This document shows positions 10,901 to 20,434 of a stretch of 64,000 nt of DNA, in pieces (position 1 is the first letter of the stretch; each line of letters starts with the position of its first letter). Source of the DNA: an uncultured bacterium (lineage in GTDB: Bacteria > Oederibacteriota > JAAXVQ01 > JAUVAV01); the NCBI GenBank assembly GCA_963710755.1, contig CAVQBK010000013.1, forward strand, positions 192,001 through 256,000, read 5' to 3'. The notes beneath the pieces are model-generated. The model was given only the letters and a program-made list of their open reading frames with translations, made no database searches and had not been told where the DNA came from. The translations under genes and the position numbers were made by a program.

Positions 10901-13900
10901 TGGCTCATTGCCTTCCATAGCCTGATCACTTACTGCCCGGCGCAACCCATTGGGCGGCATGTAGCTATAGTTCTCTTTTTGATCCTCTTCCATACCGGCG
11001 GCTTGCATGATTCGTTGCCGCCGTTTTCGGCTGCGTTCGATCAATTCCGAAGTCCACTGCATATAATTTTCAGGATCTTTGAAGATTTCATCGCGCCATT
11101 GATCCATGATCATGGCTTGTTGATTGAGCGTAAAATCATCAAACACGGTGGCATAGAGTAAAAATTGCCATGCCGAAAGAGGACTGCCATCACCCAGTTT
11201 TTCCTGAAAAAGCACTTCTTGAATCTCTTTAAGATATTTGTGGAAAAGTTGATCTAAAAATTTCAATTTGTCCTTTTCCGTGATAGGCTGGGTTTGTTGG
11301 CCTAGATAATTGTCATAGATCTTTAACCAAGGATCCAACAACAGACGAATATGATCACTCCAGATATCAAAGCTGCCATTGTTGGCGGACGCAGCAATAG
11401 CTTTTTTGGAATAGATCAATGCCGTTTTAATAATATTTTGCGCCGAAAAATGTTGTTTTAACCAAAGCGCCAATTCCCGTATCTCTCTTTCAAAATAGGT
11501 TTCCATATTGATCAAATCGGCGGACAATTTGTTTTTGCTTTGACTTCTAAGCCGTTCCAGTTCCTGCAGACCTTTTTCAAAGGACCTTAAGGCATGGATG
11601 GCCACTTCGGTTTCATCAGCTTGATCTTGTTTTTGGCCAAGCTTTTGACGGCCTTGGAGATAATATTCAAAAACCGGCGTTTTCCAGGGCGCTATAAAAT
11701 TTGTAATAAGCGTCCTTGCCCATTTCCATTTTTTTAAATTAATGGAGGTCATTAACTGGGCAACTACATTTTGATCAAGATTTAACTTCTTAAACTGATG
11801 TGGGGCTTCATAATACAGTTTGATCGGTTTGACACCTTGCGATGTTATTAAAGCCTGGGAGATCGCGGTACGGCCATCACGTAAAACAGTCGGTCCCTGC
11901 AAATGTTGACCTCCTAAAAAGCAATCCTGATAAACGCCCAATACGCAAAGACTTTTTTGTGCCTCCTCCTTTTCCACCAAATCCTCTAGCCCGAAAATCT
12001 GTCCCGGTTGGATTTGGTATTGCCTCATCAACTTAATTTCCTGGTCCGTGTATTGGATATGATTACTTGGTGCCACCATGGCAGCCATGGTATAAGCCGG
12101 CTCTCCCTCGCCTAATTTTTGGGCAATCAGGGCGCTCAGTAAGGCTTGCGGCATACCGCCTTCACCTATGATCATATGAGGGGCCTCTTCACTCTTGCTA
12201 TTAAAATCAAGGGCCGGGGACCAGTCATCATTGAGCTTCAGTAACAGCTTACCCTTGGGCCCCGGTAAAAGCACTTCCCCCCGTCTATCGATTTCCTTCG
12301 AAATATCCCTTTCGTTTAGTACGATATCCATCTTGGAGGCAAAGGCCTTGATAAGCTCTTGATGATGCTCACGATAAAGCATGACTATTTTCGGGCGAAG
12401 GATCCCCTGCTTTTCAAAACCAGTCCAGATCTGATTAACCAAGCCGTTGACATCAACATGGCCATGGTCTTGATTTCCAGCCAATATCGCCTTCCAATCA
12501 ATAGTTCGAAATTTTGAAGAGGCAATGATTTTAAACATCCGTTTATCAGGGAGCGCCTTAAAAACCCTTTCCCGCGAGGATGGCGTAATTGCCAGGGCCA
12601 GCAACTGCCCCAAAGGGTTGCGGGCATGGGCCCCTTCCCCATAAAAAAACAGAACTTCGCGGGATGCTCTTCCGGTCAGTCCTTTGAAGAAAGTCCCGGG
12701 CACAAGACTGCCCGTGGGATTTTTCCGGGCATCAGAGCCAATGATTAAATAAGAAAAACGACGCATATTCATAAAAAACAAGCGCGCCCATCTTCTCGCC
12801 TTGGTTTCGAAACGAAAACGGTTGATATGCACCGGCCCGGGACCGGCATAACCCATCGAACGCTGGACTAACGTGCCTAAAAAGGACAGCTCCTCAGCGT
12901 AGTCCAAAAGCGACTCTCGTTCCGGCACACGGGGGAGAGAGACATCGTCCACGGAGCATTCTATAGGCCCATCAAGTAAATAGGTCTTCTGGGAAAGGTT
13001 GACCGCAATGGAATTTTTTACCTGTTTCAAAAATTCCTGTTTCACTTCATCCGGCTCTTTGCTTCCCCCGCCTGCAGGCGGTTGGTTTGCCTGATTGAGA
13101 TAAACATTTTCCTTCTTTATTTCCAGCTGCACCGCTGCTGGATTGTCCATGGCTCCGTAACCGGCAGAAATGCCGGCCAGAGCCATTTGGGGAGCTTCAA
13201 TGAGATGTCTGAGCCAGTGCCCGACAACGCGAGAAGCTTGTAGGGGCAGTTGATACAGTTGTTGGGCCAGGGCAAGACCTTGGCGCAGGACTTTTCGAAT
13301 AGTCCAATCCAAATCGCGGTGTTTGCTTACCCACTCAGCCATCTGCTCATAAGCATTGGTGTCACCAATGGCAACTGTCCACTTACCCAATTTCAGGGGA
13401 ACCGCTGTGGTAAAAGGGGCAGTTGGGGCCGAAGAATTGGTCAGAATGGCGGCTAAGCTTTCTGTTTTAATGGCCACCGACCGATGGTCAGGACTCCACT
13501 TAACATCAGGCTCATCTTCCCCGGGTCGAAGAGCATCGACTTTTGAACAGAAAACTTTGAGGGCAGCGATTTCCTTTTGTGTGGTGGCAACACCCGGTAG
13601 TTGATCTTGAAGAAATCCAGTGGCATTCCGTATGTCAACTTGGGGAGATTGAATGGGCAGGGCGAAACTGCTGCGATTGGGAGGCATTAATATTTTTTCC
13701 AAAGTGTTTTTTTCGCCCATCATATTTCTGAAATAGGGGTTGATCCGGTTACTCGCCCGATGGCAAGGCCGAATGCTTATAAAATTAATATTTTTTTCTT
13801 TTAAGGCTTGGGCAATGGCCCTTTCATGATAGCCGCCACAGACCAGGACAGCCAGGTCCTGGTTTGCTTCATCCATGCGCTTAAGCAGGTTGCGGACAAA

Positions 13901-15004
13901 AAACGCGCTACGCTGATCCACGGCTTGATAAAAACGCAGCGCATCCCGCACATAAGCGTCCAGGGTAATAATGGCCGGATCAAGCAGGGGTTTTTCATTA
14001 CCAGACCACTGGGTAATAAAATCAAGAAAGGTTTGAACTCGAAAAAATTGAGACTGTCGTTGTATTTGCGCCACCTCACTGGGTGTGGCCGAAATGTTCA
14101 TTATTTTTTCCAATATGTCCAGATGGTTAAGCAATTCATCCAACCGTCTTTGGTTGGGCTCGGTATACAACTTGGCCCGTAAAGCCTGTTCCAAGACCTG
14201 GAGAGCGGCATCCATTTCTTCCCGCTTTCCGGTCAAATCCGTAGAACGATAATTTTGATTTAGAAAACGCCGGAAGCGTTCTTGTATCTTGCCTGCCACC
14301 TGCGAAGCTTCGGCTTTTTCCAAGAGCATTCGTCCATAGTCCCGGGCGGGCAGGGTGCCTTGTCGATAGGCTTTGGCAACCTTATCCAGTTTGATTAAGT
14401 CCTGATTATTGAGTTTTGGTTTGATATCCTCCAGGCACTGTTTCAAATCCAAGAGATAACCTTGAGGCTCGCTGCTTAAAAGCCGCTTGATCTGATCAAG
14501 ACTGCTCAAGTAAACATCACGATTCTCTATCCCCACCAGCTTTAAGCCCTGGTTACCGGTAACAGCGGCATATTCGGCGCCTGTATAGCGTCCACGCTGG
14601 ACCAGATAATCGGCAATAGACAATCGCGCCCAGGGTAATTTAAAATTGGCCAAATTGGTGACTTCCAGGGGCAACCAGGCACCTTCCAGGCCCACCAAAG
14701 ATAAGTGATGCCTAAGCCCGAGAATTTTGAGAATCTTGGCAATGTTCCTTTGAACATCATAGTCGCAATGCATATCCTGCAGGTAAACAACTGTTTTTTT
14801 GGCTGTTGGCGATTGGAAATAAGTCTGGATTTCCCCTAAGTCACTGGGTATATGTACAACCTTATGGCGATAAACAATTTGGCTTTCATGAGGATTATAA
14901 GGCGTGGTAGTCCAACTGAAAGAAAGCAAAGGCGTGAGGTATATCATTATCGTGGCATACACCACGGTATGCATAATTCTCATTACAGTCATCCTTGAAA
15001 ACAA
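7991..15004 (-). CDS. Giant modular protein A: signal peptide, conserved N-terminal domain, GlpX-like domain, helical region, two HD-like modules, C-terminal TM
   Basis: 2337-aa ORF; hydrophobic N-terminus (true start may be ATG 14992 or 14983); N-domain paralogous to 57404-64000; domain evidence given in findings. Confidence 0.85.
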   Translation of the reverse strand: MFSRMTVMRIMHTVVYATIMIYLTPLLSFSWTTTPYNPHESQIVYRHKVVHIPSDLGEIQTYFQSPTAKKTVVYLQDMHCDYDVQRNIAKILKILGLRHHLSLVGLEGAWLPLEVTNLANFKLPWARLSIADYLVQRGRYTGAEYAAVTGNQGLKLVGIENRDVYLSSLDQIKRLLSSEPQGYLLDLKQCLEDIKPKLNNQDLIKLDKVAKAYRQGTLPARDYGRMLLEKAEASQVAGKIQERFRRFLNQNYRSTDLTGKREEMDAALQVLEQALRAKLYTEPNQRRLDELLNHLDILEKIMNISATPSEVAQIQRQSQFFRVQTFLDFITQWSGNEKPLLDPAIITLDAYVRDALRFYQAVDQRSAFFVRNLLKRMDEANQDLAVLVCGGYHERAIAQALKEKNINFISIRPCHRASNRINPYFRNMMGEKNTLEKILMPPNRSSFALPIQSPQVDIRNATGFLQDQLPGVATTQKEIAALKVFCSKVDALRPGEDEPDVKWSPDHRSVAIKTESLAAILTNSSAPTAPFTTAVPLKLGKWTVAIGDTNAYEQMAEWVSKHRDLDWTIRKVLRQGLALAQQLYQLPLQASRVVGHWLRHLIEAPQMALAGISAGYGAMDNPAAVQLEIKKENVYLNQANQPPAGGGSKEPDEVKQEFLKQVKNSIAVNLSQKTYLLDGPIECSVDDVSLPRVPERESLLDYAEELSFLGTLVQRSMGYAGPGPVHINRFRFETKARRWARLFFMNMRRFSYLIIGSDARKNPTGSLVPGTFFKGLTGRASREVLFFYGEGAHARNPLGQLLALAITPSSRERVFKALPDKRMFKIIASSKFRTIDWKAILAGNQDHGHVDVNGLVNQIWTGFEKQGILRPKIVMLYREHHQELIKAFASKMDIVLNERDISKEIDRRGEVLLPGPKGKLLLKLNDDWSPALDFNSKSEEAPHMIIGEGGMPQALLSALIAQKLGEGEPAYTMAAMVAPSNHIQYTDQEIKLMRQYQIQPGQIFGLEDLVEKEEAQKSLCVLGVYQDCFLGGQHLQGPTVLRDGRTAISQALITSQGVKPIKLYYEAPHQFKKLNLDQNVVAQLMTSINLKKWKWARTLITNFIAPWKTPVFEYYLQGRQKLGQKQDQADETEVAIHALRSFEKGLQELERLRSQSKNKLSADLINMETYFEREIRELALWLKQHFSAQNIIKTALIYSKKAIAASANNGSFDIWSDHIRLLLDPWLKIYDNYLGQQTQPITEKDKLKFLDQLFHKYLKEIQEVLFQEKLGDGSPLSAWQFLLYATVFDDFTLNQQAMIMDQWRDEIFKDPENYMQWTSELIERSRKRRQRIMQAAGMEEDQKENYSYMPPNGLRRAVSDQAMEGNEPLTAGLINQGYFSQAWDIIGAQARILLGLGLMGPAKIYFDRWQETMENGIEVAFRAQRGMSNIHFLPDLANLYYEKYLAFGEVEARQKAVTFYKALLKGESLKALISQNYGSHGLEELNSFYQGYVKAWEKNTFVYFRPSVWKKRYEHLRITPINALDRHLNMDSLPEFKALRQRLPQRASLIRHGLSAFFSFVDSQWQDFSRDQDYQTQLQVLHQAWQNATYVEKQALGWAMRLKDLGFYLDPEAYGHEERGGAVAKDILDRLRVLPEIRDLTLRLIKIQSLMGQARLGEIRYASLHRALVTSRLKFSLVQIMHTMEAVARLGHLNALSQAELDNIIHFNNQAPAAGEGLAGYRLDSFRSQNWRDFDPSRSFDPKDDPKIQAEFGPEANLLLHQLGGQVDMVDHVRHLALDIHKSRPDLYLRLMKLLTQLSLAVTTGKVRKDLIIHSDYGHLRSDESILKYFIQILEKHPNTTAEQVAGELKKNNFRGVFGLPVYIEGRQIWLRLGKLDELEIKQLAQQRLLADGEVTKIASQMSPSRGKRMHLAWQFFKNVQDRQWNAFPPALQKPVQRLFRPWFTSAFLEEQMAFLWAVALHDVALSFAPGQDGHEDASAQWADTYLKKQKVSTRVRKMAVNLIRYHSYLGQVRLGERRESLLLSKVIFKSRLPFWMVQALNALDVIAQKDNIKLSHQVEQLGEIMAYPRSAEMMAQHYDQYRLETMARSTIAAHPLNQIAKETLKEKISQLFGKEEGRYRKILKVNVDLLDNIVHLSHALVQRDPSFDHYVKWMRLLAQLAASQSRKNMVIRTDIRNLEASGLSLTEAVEKTANVLSNILKAIPAQQPLMAFKQVGLAKAGEVYGIPFSVSDDGKTLTLHVSRLLDIQGNSNQAQKHNKLNGNQPLSHYAVTMAALVAGLHILDMGLWPHVIAGLGLGVMAVRTLWESGLLKPWQRQERNQPRQRYRIRRTLGSSA

Positions 15005-15212
15005 ATAGGCATCATGCGGTTATAATATTAATAAGCATATCATTCAATTATAAAAAATCAAGTCTACCGCTCAATATTGGTCAATTTTGAAACAATTTAA
15101 ATTTATGACTTTATTTTAAATGCATTTTTTAACGTCATCCTTTGATAATATCACGATTTTTCAGATCATCAGGCTAAAGAGTGTGTCCAAACGAGACTTT
15201 TTGGCAATTTAA

Positions 15213-15242
15213 TTGACAAGTTTTTAGTTAATCTGTTATGAT
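15213..15242 (+). promoter_or_regulatory. Sigma70-type promoter for the plsC-like gene
   Basis: TTGACA-N18-TATGAT in an AT-rich divergent intergenic region. Confidence 0.55.
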
Positions 15243-15372
15243 AATTAGCAACTTTTTCATCATAAATATTTACACAAAAAATTTAACAATACTATTTATC
15301 ACACCTCAATTTTAATTGCATTTCTCTACTAATTCGCATCCCTTTTTAGGGTAATAATGACAAGGATCCTCC

Positions 15373-16167
15373 ATGAGCAACCAAGTCAATGACTATCACA
15401 CCCCGGCTGATTACAAACAATTTCTGCTGAAACGGTTACATTTCCCTTTACGCTTCACTTTTTACCTTAAGATTTTTTGGATTATTTTTAGCGGTTGGCT
15501 GACCGCCAAGCGCAAGGCTTATGACAATCAATTCTGGATAAAACAAAGTCTTTCGGTAAAAGAAGCCATTGAATCCAATGGGGGGCGACTCCACATCACA
15601 GGATTAAATCATCTTCACCAAATCAAAGGACCGGTGGTGTTTATCGGTAATCATATGAGCACCTTGGAAACCTTTCTCTTACCCCATTTAATCGAACCTA
15701 TTGTCCCGCATACTTTTGTGGTTAAGCGCAAGTTGCTCACCACGCCTCTCTTTGGCGCCATCATGGCCAGTCGCCAGCCCATTGCCGTTGACCGCCAAAA
15801 TCCTAAAGAAGATTTAAAAACCGTCCTTGAAGAAGGCACCGCCAAATTGCAGCAAGGAATGTCCCTGGTTATTTTTCCCCAGAGTACCCGTTCGGAACGG
15901 TTTAGGCCCGAACATTTTAATTCCCTGGGCGTAAAACTGGCCAAGAAAGCCGGCGTGCCCGTTATTCCCGTTGCTTTAAAAACCGATTTTTGGGGCAATG
16001 GCAAATGGCTGCGCGATTTCGGACCGGTAGGTAAAAGCCTCGATATTTATATTCATTTCGGAGCGCCATTGCAAATCACTAAAACCGGGAAGGAAGAGCA
16101 CCAGCAGATTGTCACGTTTATCAGCCGCCATCTGCACCAATGGTCCGCCGATAATATACAGGCCTAA
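15373..16167 (+). CDS. plsC: 1-acyl-sn-glycerol-3-phosphate acyltransferase family protein
   Basis: NHMSTLE (motif I variant), IFPQSTR, LAKKAGVPVIPV. Confidence 0.85.
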   Translation: MSNQVNDYHTPADYKQFLLKRLHFPLRFTFYLKIFWIIFSGWLTAKRKAYDNQFWIKQSLSVKEAIESNGGRLHITGLNHLHQIKGPVVFIGNHMSTLETFLLPHLIEPIVPHTFVVKRKLLTTPLFGAIMASRQPIAVDRQNPKEDLKTVLEEGTAKLQQGMSLVIFPQSTRSERFRPEHFNSLGVKLAKKAGVPVIPVALKTDFWGNGKWLRDFGPVGKSLDIYIHFGAPLQITKTGKEEHQQIVTFISRHLHQWSADNIQA

Positions 16168-16559
16168 TCAATCAATTTAAGTTTTCTTATTTCCTCGATC
16201 AACTCACTATCTTCAAAGGGTTTGACCAAGTAGGCGTCACAGCGATGGCGGAAAGATGCAATAACATTGGGGGTATCATCGGTGGCGGTCAACATGATGA
16301 CTTTCACGCCGTCAACTTCTTTTATGTTCATTTCCTGCTCCATGACCCGGATCTTCTCCAAAGCCTGCAAGCCGTTCATAACGGGCATCATGATGTCCAA
16401 AATGATCAAATCAAAAGGCTGTTGCTGGTTCAAAGCCGTCTGAAATTTGGCTACAGCCTCGGCCCCGTTTTTGGCCGTCACACTACGGCCGTAAGGTTTC
16501 AGAAATATTTTGATCATTGTTTGAATGTTCGGCTCATCTTCCACGACCAAGGTTCGCAT
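16164..16559 (-). CDS. Single-domain response regulator (CheY-like)
   Basis: VVEDE, LDIMMPVMNG, MLTA, YLVKPF; start overlaps the HDOD stop. Confidence 0.92.
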   Translation of the reverse strand: MRTLVVEDEPNIQTMIKIFLKPYGRSVTAKNGAEAVAKFQTALNQQQPFDLIILDIMMPVMNGLQALEKIRVMEQEMNIKEVDGVKVIMLTATDDTPNVIASFRHRCDAYLVKPFEDSELIEEIRKLKLID

Positions 16560-17398
16560 TACAGTTCAAATTCCTCCAGGGCTTGAGTGAGTCTTGACTT
16601 AACATCCTGTTCTATCCGAAGCTGCTGGTCCGCACTTATGCCCAGACGCTGGATCACGTTTTCATCCAAATGATTGGCCTGGACAGGGGCGCCCAGACCT
16701 TCACCGATGTGTTTGGCCATATGATTGGCAAACATGACCAAGTCGAGCAAGCGGTTGGAAGCCGTGGGTTGACGGTGATGCTGTTCTATCACCACAATGA
16801 TTTCCTCTGGAAATTTCCAATAACCGGCCAGGGCAGCACCCACTTCTGCATGATCAATATTTAACAACTGTTGCTCCGCTTCCGCGTAAGAACACTTTTT
16901 TTCCAAAATTTCATCCCTGATTTTCTTAACCATCTGAGGCTCAAGATGACGGCTTAGAATGAGTTTACCGATGTCATGAAGCATGGCGGAGGTAAAGGCC
17001 ATGGACGGAATCTCCATCCTTATTTGGCGCTGGAAGCTCTCGATAGTCAGTCCTGCGGCTACATTGTGGCGCCAAAGTTCGTTCTCCATCAGATTGTAGC
17101 CGGGTACTTTGCGTTTCATGGTTTTACCCAGGCTGTTGCCGATGGCCAGTTTTATAATGTTGTTAAGCCCAAGCCGCATGACTGCTGATTTAACCGTATT
17201 GATTTCAAACTGGCTGCGATAAAAGGCGGAATTGGCCCAGCGCAGCACATTGGCCGTCAAGGCACCGTCCAATTCGATAAGGCGTGATATTTCATTCACC
17301 CCATAATGGGCGTCATTCATCAATCCGGTCAGTTGACTGACCGTGGTTGACATGGGGGCTAAGTTGCGGATTTCTGCCGGATTAATCTTAATGCGCAT
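16559..17398 (-). CDS. HDOD domain protein
   Basis: LTANVLRWANSAFY, AMLHDIGKLIL, DHAEVGAALAGYWKFP, QHH. Confidence 0.92.
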   Translation of the reverse strand: MRIKINPAEIRNLAPMSTTVSQLTGLMNDAHYGVNEISRLIELDGALTANVLRWANSAFYRSQFEINTVKSAVMRLGLNNIIKLAIGNSLGKTMKRKVPGYNLMENELWRHNVAAGLTIESFQRQIRMEIPSMAFTSAMLHDIGKLILSRHLEPQMVKKIRDEILEKKCSYAEAEQQLLNIDHAEVGAALAGYWKFPEEIIVVIEQHHRQPTASNRLLDLVMFANHMAKHIGEGLGAPVQANHLDENVIQRLGISADQQLRIEQDVKSRLTQALEEFEL

Positions 17399-17463
17399 GG
17401 TCTCACCGAATCATCAGCATCGTGGCCTCCCGGGTTGGCCCGGGCGGCATAACGTCTTTACTA

Positions 17464-17706
17464 TTATCGGTTTACCAGGGCAATTTTTTCAGGTTTTTTC
17501 ATTTTCTTGATCATGATTTCCCTGCGCATGGCCTCGCCCTGCGTAGCATACAGCTCCATCCTGACCAGACGAAATGGCAATCGGGTTTTAACGAATTTAG
17601 ACCCTTTCCCCTGGCGATGAAGCCGAAGGCGTTTAATGATGTGCTTGGTATAGCCGGTGTAGTAACTGTTGTCAGCACAGCGCAACATATAAACAATGTA
17701 TCCCAT
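17464..17706 (-). CDS. Stand-alone GIY-YIG nuclease family protein (YhbQ/YazA-like)
   Basis: YIVYMLRCADNSYYTGYT...RLRLHRQGKGSKFVK...AMRREIMIKK. Confidence 0.9.
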   Translation of the reverse strand: MGYIVYMLRCADNSYYTGYTKHIIKRLRLHRQGKGSKFVKTRLPFRLVRMELYATQGEAMRREIMIKKMKKPEKIALVNR

Positions 17707-17944
17707 GGGGACCTTCCAATTTTTCATTTGGCGGGAATGGCGTAATGAGAATTCTCTCCCAGAGGCTGTGTCTCAACCTCATGATCCCCCTCCCCGCTTT
17801 TACAGGGAAAGAGGTGGGGGGTGATTCTAAGACTTTAAAACAAAAATTATGGTAACCCCGCATCAGAGAGGAGAAGGTATCAGCAAGCATTACCACACGA
17901 TCTCTCAGCGCGGAAAACTTAAATTCATGGTCGAAATTGGAATT

Positions 17945-18187
17945 TCAAGCGAAAATATGTTCCAGGCGGGCTAAATGACGTTCAAATTTTTCAAATTCAC
18001 AATGCATATGTCTGCTGGCCATCCCACGCTCAACAAGATCAAAGGAGTTATGCCAGTAACTCACGACTTTTTCCATGAAAAACATGTCCCGCTCCAAATC
18101 AAGAACGCGTTCTTCCATGACCGCCACTTTTTCTTCCAGACTAAGCAATCGTTTGATCATTTGCCGAAAGTTGCCTTTTTGCTCCAT
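17945..18187 (-). CDS. Small coiled-coil hypothetical protein
   Basis: 80-aa ORF with AAGGTGG RBS and heptad pattern. Confidence 0.55.
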   Translation of the reverse strand: MEQKGNFRQMIKRLLSLEEKVAVMEERVLDLERDMFFMEKVVSYWHNSFDLVERGMASRHMHCEFEKFERHLARLEHIFA

Positions 18188-18386
18188 GTTTATCCACCTT
18201 TATTGATCTTGGTTGGGGCTGTACCCGATTTCTGAATTCGCTTTAAAATATTTCCATTTACATGACTTAATCAAAGTGTACTAAGACCTCGGGAAAATGC
18301 AACCCTTCAACGGGGATAATTTTATATCTTTTATTTTTTTACAATCCCGTTGGTTCACGGTGAAGCGATGGGGTGTCGCTCCTATA

Positions 18387-20111
18387 TTATTCATTCAGAG
18401 AACGAAACAATGACAGCACTGTATTTTGATTAAGAATACCAATTAATTTCTGGGGATTTTCTTTTTCCACCACAGGTAGATAAGTAATGTTGGGATGTTT
18501 TTTGAAAATCTTCAGGATATCTTTAATGCTTTGATCAGCATTAATAACCAGGGGATTTTTTTTAATCAAATCCCCCACGATGATTAGATCTCCCAGGGTG
18601 GGATCGAAAATCATATCCCGGATATCGGAATAATCCACCACTCCGATAAAATGTTCGTTTTGGTCCACCACGGGAAACCGGTCATAACGGCTGAATGCCA
18701 CCATTTTTAAAAAATCATTAAAATGCATGGTCGCCTTCACGGTTTCCACATTGCTGCGCATGATATGCTTGACCAGGATATCCGTGGCGTTTTTTAATTT
18801 CTTTTGCAGGGACAGACCCAAAGAAAGCCGAAAATGATTGATCACCTGATAGAATTCTTCAAAAGTACTGGACGAGGCTTTTTTCACCAACAAAGAAAGC
18901 AGGGAAACCTCACCGGCGCGTACCAGACCATAACGTACCGCTAATGGGCCCACCAATTCAAATATTACCAAAGAACCCAGAATAATCGTCTCCACCAAAT
19001 GACCGCCAACCGCCCATTGGCCGGCCAGTTGTTGGCAAAGACCTATGGCAATGCCAGCCTGGGCAATGAGCGTGAAGCCCAGGTTGACCTTATCCCTTTG
19101 GGGATAGCCTGCAGCCTTGGCCCCAAAAAAACTGCCACCAAGCTTCCCCGCTGTCCGGGCTAAAATGTACCCTACGCCCAACAAACCCACCTGGGTAAAA
19201 GATTGCAAATGCATGCCCGCACCGGACATGACAAAGAACAAAACATAAAAGGGGTAATCGATTTTTTGAATGGCATTCATCATGGCATCGATTTTGGGAG
19301 AGGCATTGGCCAAGGTCAGGCCGGTTAAAAAAACGGCCAGCATCATATTGATGCTGGCTAGGGATGATATGGCCATGACCAGAATGACCCCGCCAATGGC
19401 TAACAATTGATAGTCCCGTTCCTTGTCAAGATGCTGTGCCCAAAGACTCATGGCGAAACCAATCGCTGTCCCCATCAGCGCCGGTGCCCCTAAGGCCAGG
19501 AGTAGATCAAGGGGGTGGGTCATTTCAAAGTAAATATGGGCAATCACCAGGTAAGCCACAATGGAGACCAAGTTGTTAAACCCAATAAGGATCATTATTT
19601 TTTCGGTCAATGGTCCTTCTGCGTCATATTCCCGAATCACAAAGAGGGTCGCTGCTGGAGCTGTGGCTATGGCAATGACTGCAAAAAACAGGGCCATCTG
19701 AACCATCTTGCCATAATCCAGATGCCCGTGAACCACAAAGGACTTTATAAACAGCCAATCAAGAACAAAAATCGTTACCCAGACCGCCAAAAAAGTGAAA
19801 AGGATTTCATAGACGGAAAGCTTGAACAAACGCGTTCCCCAGCGCTGAATATTTTCAAAGCGGGCCTTAATGCCTATGGTTAATACAATAAACGCCAGCG
19901 CAATTTTAGTGACTGGCCGGATTTGCTCCAAGGCATCCCAGCTGATTAGGGACGGCCATCCCGCCAGTGCAGCCAAAGAGGGCCCAGCCACGATACCGGC
20001 CAGAAGATAGCCCGTCACCCGGGGAGCGTGTACATGAGCAGCCGTCCTTCCAAAAAACAGGGCAATTAAAAAAGCAGCGGCCAGCGGCAAATAGGGTTGG
20101 ATCAGTGTCAT
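18387..20111 (-). CDS. Cation:proton antiporter (CPA2-like) with C-terminal CBS pair
   Basis: PRVTGYLLAGIVAGPS, ATAPAATL, AQAGIAIGL; CBS motifs (RFPVVD, LPVVE). Start moved to ATG 20111. Confidence 0.9.
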   Translation of the reverse strand: MTLIQPYLPLAAAFLIALFFGRTAAHVHAPRVTGYLLAGIVAGPSLAALAGWPSLISWDALEQIRPVTKIALAFIVLTIGIKARFENIQRWGTRLFKLSVYEILFTFLAVWVTIFVLDWLFIKSFVVHGHLDYGKMVQMALFFAVIAIATAPAATLFVIREYDAEGPLTEKIMILIGFNNLVSIVAYLVIAHIYFEMTHPLDLLLALGAPALMGTAIGFAMSLWAQHLDKERDYQLLAIGGVILVMAISSLASINMMLAVFLTGLTLANASPKIDAMMNAIQKIDYPFYVLFFVMSGAGMHLQSFTQVGLLGVGYILARTAGKLGGSFFGAKAAGYPQRDKVNLGFTLIAQAGIAIGLCQQLAGQWAVGGHLVETIILGSLVIFELVGPLAVRYGLVRAGEVSLLSLLVKKASSSTFEEFYQVINHFRLSLGLSLQKKLKNATDILVKHIMRSNVETVKATMHFNDFLKMVAFSRYDRFPVVDQNEHFIGVVDYSDIRDMIFDPTLGDLIIVGDLIKKNPLVINADQSIKDILKIFKKHPNITYLPVVEKENPQKLIGILNQNTVLSLFRSLNE

Positions 20112-20325
20112 AAGCCCTTCCTGCGGAATTGGTATTCCAAGCCAGTACCTCGGCTTAATTAGAAAAAGTGCCAAACTTGCATGTAAAAGGTCAACTATTT
20201 TCTCTTATTGGCAGGTTCAGGTCAAGCAAGCATTCTCCCCATAGTTTTGGTTGCAGAAAAAACCTTTTTGTTGAAAGACCTCCATGGTCTTATACGCAGC
20301 CCTAATACGGCCTTGATTAAAAGCC

Positions 20326-20390
20326 CTCTAGGGTACAGACCCTAATCCTCCGAAATTTTATCAGCGAAGGAGGATGGCAGTACCCTAGAG
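20326..20390 (-). terminator. Compound hairpin downstream of ahpC (possible terminator)
   Basis: ctctagggtac/gtaccctagag outer stem with inner atcctcc/ggaggat stem; short T run on the minus strand. Confidence 0.45.
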
Positions 20391-20434
20391 TCAACACCCA
20401 TGCTGTCCAAATGCATCAGAACCCCAGGATCGGT

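Noticed and set aside
17464-17706. GIY-YIG gene as a homing endonuclease or mobile element
   Set aside because: Only the ~80-aa stand-alone domain is present; no intron, terminal repeats or DNA-binding extension.
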